In this document: positions 37,301 through 45,428 of the stretch, in pieces
How the letters are laid out: the number at the start of each line of letters is the position of its first letter
Numbering within the stretch: the stretch's first letter is position 1
Origin: Nemertoderma westbladi
Lineage: Eukaryota > Animalia > Xenacoelomorpha
Assembly: GCA_032718475.1 (NCBI GenBank)
Contig: JAUCBJ010004873.1
Location: forward strand, 1 to 45,428
Length of the DNA: 45,428 nt
Direction: 5' to 3'
Made by a program: the position numbers and the translations under genes
The notes under the pieces: generated by a model
Told to the model about the DNA's origin: nothing
Database searches by the model: none
The model's input: only the letters and a program-made list of their open reading frames with translations

Positions 37301-40300
37301 TTGAGTTCCAACATCTCTATAACGCCCACTGAGTACCACACCAAACACAATTATTGAGTTATACATCTATATAACAACCAATCAGTACCACAAACCAAAC
37401 ACAATTATTGAGTTACAACATCTCTATAACGCCCACTGAGTACCACTCCAAACACAATTATTGAGTTATACATCTATATAACAACCAATCAGTACCACAA
37501 ACCAAACACAATTATTGAGTTACAACATGTCTATAACGCCCACTGAGTACCACTCCAAACACAATTATTGAGTTATACATCTATATAACAACCAATCAGT
37601 ACCACAAACCAAACACAATTATTGAGTTACAACATCTCTATAACGCCCACTGAGTACCACTCCAAACACAATTATTGAGTTCCAACATCTCTATAACGCA
37701 CACTGAGTACCACTCCAAACACAATTATTGAGTTCCAACATCTCTATAACGCACACTGAGTACCACTCCAAACACAATTATTGAGTTCCAACATCTCTAT
37801 AACGCCCACTGAGTACCACACCAAACACAATTATTGAGTTCCAACATCTCTATAACGCACACTGAGTACCACTCCAAACACAATTATTGAGTTCCAACAT
37901 CTCTATAACGCCCACTGAGTACCACACCAAACACAATTATTGAGTTCCAACATCTCTATATCGCCCACTGAGTACCACACCAAACACAATTATTGAGAAC
38001 CAACATCTCTATAACGCCCACTTATTTCCACTCCAAACACAATTATTGAGATCCAACATCTATATAACGCCCACTGAGTATACCACTCCAAACACAATTA
38101 TTGAGTTCCAACATCTCTTTAACGCCCACTGAGTACCACTCCAAACGCAATTATTGAGTTATACATCTCTATAACGCCCACTGAGTACCACTCCAAACAC
38201 AATTATTGAGTTCCAACATCTATATAACGCCCACTGAGTACCACACCAAACACAATTATTGAGTTCCAACATCTCTTTAACGCCCAGTGAGTACCACACC
38301 AAACACAATTATTGAGTTCCAACATCTCTTTAACGCCCAGTGAGTACCACACCAAACACAATTATTGAGTTCCAACATCTCTATAACGCCCACTGAGTAC
38401 CACACCAAACACAATTATTGAGTTATACATCTCTATAACAACCAATCAGTACCACAAACCAAACACAATTATTGAGTTCCAACATCTCTATAACGCCCAC
38501 TGAGTACCACACCAAACACAATTAGAAGTTATACATCTCTATAACGCCCACTGAGTACCACTCCAAACACAATTATTGAGTTCCAACATCTTTATAACGC
38601 CCACTGATTACCACTCCAATCACAATTATTGAGTACCAACATCTCTATAACGCCCACTGAGTACCACACCAAACACAATTATTGAGTTGCAACATCTCTT
38701 TAACGCCCACTGAGTACCACTCCAAACACAATTATTGAGTTCCAACATCTCTATAACGCCCACTGAGTACCACACCAAACACAATTATTGAGTTCCAACA
38801 TCTCTATATCGCCCACTGAGTACCACACCAAACACAATTATTGAGAACCAACATCTCTATAACGCCCACTTATTACCACTCCAAACACAATTATTGAGAT
38901 CCAACATCTATATAACGCCCACTGAGTATACCACTCCAAACACAATTATTGAGTTCCAACATCTCTTTAACGCCCACTGAGTACCACTCCAAACACAATT
39001 ATTGAGTTATACATCTCTATAACGCCCACTGAGTACCACTCAAAACACAATTATTGAGTTCCAACATCTATATAACGCCCACTGAGTACCACACCAAACA
39101 CAATTATTGAGTTCCAACATCTCTTTAACGCCCAGTGAGTACCACACCAAACACAATTATTGAGTTCCAACATCTCTATAACGCCCACTGAGTACCACAC
39201 CAAACACAATTATTGAGTTATACATCTCTATAACAACCAATCAGTACCACAAACCAAACACAATTATTGAGTTCCAACATCTCTATAACGCCCACTGAGT
39301 ACCACACCAAACACAATTATTGAGTTATACATCTCTATAACGCCCACTGAGTACCACTCCAAACACAATTATTGAGTTCCAACATCTTTATAACGCCCAC
39401 TGATTACCACTCCAATCACAATTATTGAGTTCCAACATCTCTATAACGCCCACTGAGTACCACACCAAACACAATTATTGAGTTGCAACATCTCTTTAAC
39501 GCCCACTGATTACCACTCCAAACAGAATTATTGAGTTCCAACATCTCTTTAACGCCCACTGATTACCACTCCAAACACAATTATTGAGTTCCAACATCTA
39601 TAAAACGCCCACTGGGTATACCACTCCAAACACAATTATTGAGTTCCAACATCTCTATTACGCCCAGTGAGTACCACACCAAACACAATTATTGAGTTCC
39701 AACATCTCTATAACGCCCACTGAGTACCACACCAAACACAATTATTGAGTTATATACATCTCTATAACAACCAATCAGTACCACAAACCAAACACAATTA
39801 TTGAGTTACAACATCTCTATAACGCCCAATGAATACCACTCCAAACACAATTATTGAGTTCCAACATCTCTATAACGCCCACTGAGTACCACACCAAACA
39901 CAATTATAGAGTTCCAACATCTTTATAACGCCCACTGATTACCACTCCAATCACAATTATTGAGTTCCAACATCTCTATAACGCCCACTGAGTACCACAC
40001 CAAACACAATTAGAAGTTATACATCTCTATAACGCCCACTGAGTACCACTCCAAAAAAATTTATTGAGTTCCAACATCTTTATAACGCCCACTGATTACC
40101 ACTCCAATCACAATTATTGAGTTCCAACATCTCTATAACGCCCACTGAGTACCACACCAAACACAATTATTGAGTTGCAACATCTCTTTAACGCCCACTG
40201 AGTACCACTCCAAACACAATTATTGAGTTCCAACATCTCTATAACGCCCACTGAGTACCACACCAAACACAATTATTGAGTTCCAACATCTCTATATCGC

Positions 40301-41635
40301 CCACTGAGTACCACACCAAACACAATTATTGAGAACCAACATCTCTATAACGCCCACTTATTACCACTCCAAACACAATTATTGAGATCCAACATCTATA
40401 TAACGCCCACTGAGTATACCACTCCAAACACAATTATTGAGTTCCAACATCTCTTTAACGCCCACTGAGTACCACTCCAAACACAATTATTGAGTTATAC
40501 ATCTCTATAACGCCCACTGAGTACCACTCCAAACACAATTATTGAGTTCCAACATCTATATAACGCCCACTGAGTACCACACCAAACACAATTATGGAGT
40601 TCCAACATCTCTTTAACGCCCAGTGAGTACCACACCAAACACAATTATTGAGTTCCAACATCTCTATAACGCCCACTGAGTACCACACCAAACACAATTA
40701 TTGAGTTATACATCTCTATAACAACCAATCAGTACCACAAACCAAACACAATTATTGAGTTCCAACATCTCTATAACGCCCACTGAGTACCACACCAAAC
40801 ACAATTATTGAGTTATACATCTCTATAACGCCCACTGAGTACCACTCCAAACACAATTATTGAGTTCCAACATCTTTATAACGCCCACTGATTACCACTC
40901 CAATCACAATTATTGAGTTCCAACATCTCTATAACGCCCACTGAGTACCACACCAAACACAATTATTGAGTTGCAACATCTCTTTAACGCCCACTGATTA
41001 CCACTCCAAACAGAATTATTGAGTTCTAACATCTCTTTAACGCCCACTGATTACCACTCCAAACACAATTATTGAGTTCCAACATCTATAAAACGCCCAC
41101 TGGGTATACCACTCCAAACACAATTATTGAGTTCCAACATCTCTATTACGCCCAGTGAGTACCACACCAAACACAATTATTGAGTTCCAACATCTCTATA
41201 ACGCCCACTGAGTACCACACCAAACACAATTATTGAGTTATATACATCTCTATAACAACCAATCAGTACCACAAACCAAACACAATTATTGAGTTACAAC
41301 ATCTCTATAACGCCCACTGATTACCACTCCAATCACAATTATTGAGTTCCAACATCTCTATAACGCCCACTGAGTACCACACCAAACACAATTATTGAGT
41401 TCCAACATCTCTATAACGCCCACTGAGTACCACACCAAACACAATTATTGAGTTCCAACATCTCTATAACGCCCACTGATTACCACTCCAATCACAATTA
41501 TTGAGTTCCAACATCTCTATAACGCCCACTGAGTACCACACCAAACACAATTATTGAGTTCCAACATCTCTATAACGCCCACTGAGTACCACACCAAACA
41601 AAATTATTGAGATCCAACATCTCTATAACGCCCAC
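31349..41635. repeat. Satellite D, 53-bp monomer, ~190 copies
   Basis: Consensus attgagttccaacatctctataacgcccactgagtaccacaccaaacacaatt, with recurrent variants (ttatacat, ctggagtacaaaaa, acaaccaatcagtaccacaa). Confidence 0.97.
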
Positions 41636-41736
41636 CGTAGTATTAACCACCTCTAGCCATCAGGTGCTATCGTAGTATTAACCACCTAGCCATCAGGTAC
41701 TACCGTAGTATTAACCGCCTAGGCAACTGGTACTAA
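41635..41736. repeat. Three ~33-bp tandem repeats capping satellite D
   Basis: cgtagtattaaccacctctagccatcaggtgctat / cgtagtattaaccacctagccatcaggtactac / cgtagtattaaccgcctaggcaactggtactaa. Confidence 0.9.
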
Positions 41737-42698
41737 TTAGCAACAACAGTCTAGCTGTATATACTTACTATTTATTTTGTTTCATTGTTTTGGTTAAAAT
41801 AACGTGCTACTGGAACCTGCTCCTATCCCTAAATTCATAATTTCGATCAGCATATTAACTCTTGAACATTGCAATTTTGTATGTAAAAATAAAATAGTAC
41901 CTAATTACAAATAGTCATTTTAAACTCACCAAATATACTGTAGATTCTCCATTGAATATGTGTGTTCGTGAGAGTAAAATCAATCCATAAACGACGTCTG
42001 ATTAAATCTGTAAAATTAAGTAAAATTAACTGATAAAGTTTTTGCAGTGCGAGTAAATATCAAATAATACTTGAAATTGAAATTGTTTAGTTTAATGACA
42101 TATTCGTTAAAGGTAATAAAGTTAAACACTAATTGAATTTGATCATTAAAATTTGCACTCAGCCGTGCTAGATAAAAAGCGCCGTCAAAGAGATGTGCTG
42201 TGTTAATAATATTTAAATAAAATAAAATAAAATAAAATTTTAAATTGACAAACTTAACATAAATAAATATTAACTGAATTAATGGTAAAATTGAATACAC
42301 TCTTCAATTTATTTACAACAACATACATAAACTATAAACATATGACATTCAAACGAAATAAAACCGCAATATTTTAAAATATATGTACTAAATAATTAAT
42401 TTATTTCAACTATACTGTACGTTTTATCAAGTAATAAAGTGTGCTAATTAGAATTAGGAAAAATAAAATGATTTATTTATTTGGTGACAGTGGAAGGATG
42501 GATATTGACATAATTAAATGTGTTTTTGCAATAACTGCTGCAGTGCAGTGGTTAGTACCGGTATAGTTTATATTTATTTACATTTTAATTATCATTTAGA
42601 TGTTCCATTTGTATATTTAACAGTTATGCAACAGTAATAATTCCAAACTAATTTTGGGCTGGATGCAAAATAATTAATGAGGTGGTACAAGATACCGC

Positions 42699-42892
42699 GT
42701 CGAAGGTTACAAAAAGTCAAAGGTTACAACGTGTCCAAGGTAACAAAATTGCTCTTTCGAAAATGGCATGTCAAAGGTTACAAAATACTTAGTCGAAAAT
42801 TACCATAAGCGAGTCAAAGGTTACACGATTCAATTACATTACCCCAAGTTTTGGAAGAAGTATTTGTTGATAATTCATGTCAATGGTTACAA
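42699..42892 (+). repeat. Cluster of ~7 direct copies of a GTCAAAGGTTACA-like motif
   Basis: gtcgaaggttaca, gtcaaaggttaca (three times), gtccaaggtaaca, gtcgaaaattacca and gtcaatggttaca, irregularly spaced. Confidence 0.75.
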
Positions 42893-44923
42893 ATTACGAG
42901 TAAATGTAATTATTAATTATAGGATATAAATTTTCACAATATTTACATTGGACCTGAGTAAGAGTGAAATTGAGGGGCGTGGGTGAGGGAATACTGCTTC
43001 AACCAAAAATTAGAATTACGTCATTAGGTGCTTCTTAATTTAATTCAAAACAACTTTTAAATGATAATATTACTACATACTTACTACATACTTAACTGCT
43101 GAAATTTAGAGCCTAAAAATTCCTATCCCACACTGTGTCACAGGCAACATTCAGTTCCTAGATACGTGTAACATTGTAGGCCTACTGGTGCGCCCCTTTG
43201 AATAATTTTTAAACACCCAATCCCCTCTCTGAAACAACAACAATAACCCACCCGCAACAATTAAATTAAACAACGTGTATCCATCCAAGCAAGCTGAAGT
43301 TTGTTAGCTATTCTTAAGGGGTTCATCATAAATAAAGTCTGCAATAATAATGCAAACTACGAATAGGTGATATTAAGTACTAGGTTTATTGTCAAAATTA
43401 CATTCAAATAAAATGCGGCAGAAACTAATTATAAATTTCAGCAGACATTTTAGATATCAAAAACTTTAAATAATATTGGCAAAAATACCCTGTTAATTTT
43501 ACATACAGTAATGCATGAATGTGTTTTAATAATGTTTCAAAGTATCAACTAACAGGCAGACAGGTGGTAAAAGTACAGAGTGCGCAACAATACAATAATG
43601 GTGATATGCCTAGGCTAATATAAGCGCAAAACACTTTTGTCTATGCTTGTGCGTGGCATAACAATGTATAAGTGCGCGTGCGCCCCATGCTGATTATATA
43701 AAAGCACCCCTCCCAATGAAACAAGACCTAGCGATGTCTCTCACAATCACTTATTAACAGTGGAAACATTAGGCCTATTTTTATATACAAAAACTATATT
43801 TACAAAACATAAGCCTAATAAAAACTGAATCTAAATTCTAAATTGAATAAAATGAATAAAATTGTTGTTAATTGAAATAGTAGATTCACTATATTGAATT
43901 GCAGACCTAAATGCTAGAGAAGCTATGCCTAAAACTAAGTCTATCTATATCATGCTGATTTAAAGTTAATTCTAATTTCGACACAAATTACGCCTCCACA
44001 AATTACGCCTAAAGTAGATCTACTACGGTACAGTACAAATACCTGACATGGTAATGGAAACGATAACTAACCTTTCTGCCTTTTGCATTTCGTTTGACTT
44101 TGAGTTGAATCAGGAGATAATCGAGGAATAGCAATGATAAAAATATCAAATTGATAAAAACAAGGAAATATAATTAAACAATAACAAAATTGAACAATTT
44201 CGATAATAAAACTAAACACTTATTAGACGAAATAGCCTAATAAATACAATGCAATTGAAACTGAGAGACTTTGAACGTTAATATAAAACGCTGAAAAGTA
44301 ATAATGCTTTTATGTCATTGCTAAGTCTTAAAACTAAATAGCCAATAGCGATCCTTAAAGGAGATGCACCATTGCCTACCCAGGATGGCAACCAATCACA
44401 TTGCTTCTCCACTTTTCAGTCCTCACTCAATTCCCTGAAACACCGACAAAGGAAAGTAGTGTGCCATGAAGTCTGGAAAACCGGGTTTGGGAAATGGCCT
44501 CCTCTGGTTTGAGCTGTCAATAACATTACTGAAGTTATTTGATCCAGAGCCGACCAGATACTGTGCATTCCAGGAATGTTGTTTTGTACTTTGCCGCAAT
44601 ACCGCTTAGGAGCGATTGAATCAGCCGGGTTCAACAGGGCACGCCATATTTATTGGCTAGAATTACTAATAATACACCTTATATAAATTTAATATATAAA
44701 TTATACCCATTTCCGTAGAATGCTGGACTGGTATTATTATCTATCTATATCATTTGTGTTTCTTTTGATTTCTAACAAAATGTATGATGACAGATGGCTG
44801 CGTTTATTTTGTCTCTAATCAAAACACTAATGTATGAGAAATATAGGACACATAGTTTGACAAAGATATTTTATTCAGTGTTATTGTTGTGGCCGTTATT
44901 AAGTAAACAAAAGTAGAAGTGGC

Positions 44924-45205
44924 TTCTGACCTATTAACCGGACCGTCTAAATACCGTATTGAAGCTTATATTTGATTTATATTTTACTTGTGTATTATTG
45001 ACCGGACCCTAATTACCACAATTAAGTAATATCCATAATCTTGTAATATGTTAACTTTCGTTTATTGTTTTGGTTCCCCCAAAACGCCTCTGTAATCGGC
45101 TAATTACAAACCTGCTGTTTTAAATGGCAATGGGTCCGGTCAATGGGTATGGTCAATGCGTCCCGTCAACGGATCCGGCCAATTGAGCAATGGGTTCGGT
45201 CAGTA
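44924..45205. repeat. Short inverted-motif cluster built from (TG)GGTCCGGTCAA units
   Basis: attgaccggaccc (44997-45009) is the exact reverse complement of gggtccggtcaat (45132-45144). Further degenerate copies follow to ~45205, and one precedes at ~44935. Confidence 0.65.
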
Positions 45206-45428
45206 GCCTTTGTCAATAAAAGTATGTGACACGATGGATATGCTAAGAAATTTAGTTATTGTGAAAGTTTTTTTAGTTTTCCCTCGTATTCCCTGACTGA
45301 ATATTCCTGGAAAAGTGAGCACGAAATAGTATTTAATGGAAGCAACACTTACTATAGATAGGAATCCGACTATAAGAATTCATATATACGTTAAACAAAA
45401 CTTATATGGCGTATTGCCAACGGTTTAT

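Larger units (their letters stand above)
14434..41770 (-). mobile_element. Putative autonomous Helitron-like element with internal satellite arrays (boundaries tentative)
   Basis: RepHel ORF tightly flanked by arrays. Candidate 15-bp inverted ends at 14438-14452 and 41756-41770 (14/15 match). The element class is well supported; its limits are not. Confidence 0.45.

Noticed and set aside
42016-44634. 94-aa and 72-aa ORFs and a tatataaaag box near 43695
   Set aside because: Low-complexity or unrecognisable products with non-ATG starts and no supporting gene structure. A small host exon cannot be excluded.

Overview
AT-rich eukaryotic (probably animal) DNA, about two-thirds tandem repeat. In order: a (CCTA)n tract at the window start; a 106/107-bp satellite (A, ~9.2 kb); a 90-bp satellite (B); ~4 kb of AT-rich spacer holding a local duplication and a long imperfect inverted repeat; a near-perfect 64 x 97-bp array (C, related to B); a second B array; one intact, uninterrupted 8.8-kb minus-strand ORF (2939 aa); a ~10.3-kb 53-bp satellite (D); and unique AT-rich flank. 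The ORF has this domain order: CCHC knuckle, 17-aa acidic repeats, OTU protease, Cys/His clusters, Helitron-type HUH Rep, Pif1-like helicase with atypical motifs, and a C-terminal GIY-YIG endonuclease. It is best read as a divergent rolling-circle (Helitron-like) transposase carrying GIY-YIG where Helentrons carry an AP endonuclease, embedded in satellite arrays it may have generated. All other ORFs in the track are repeat-derived or shadow frames. Domain calls come from reading motifs by eye; no searches were run.
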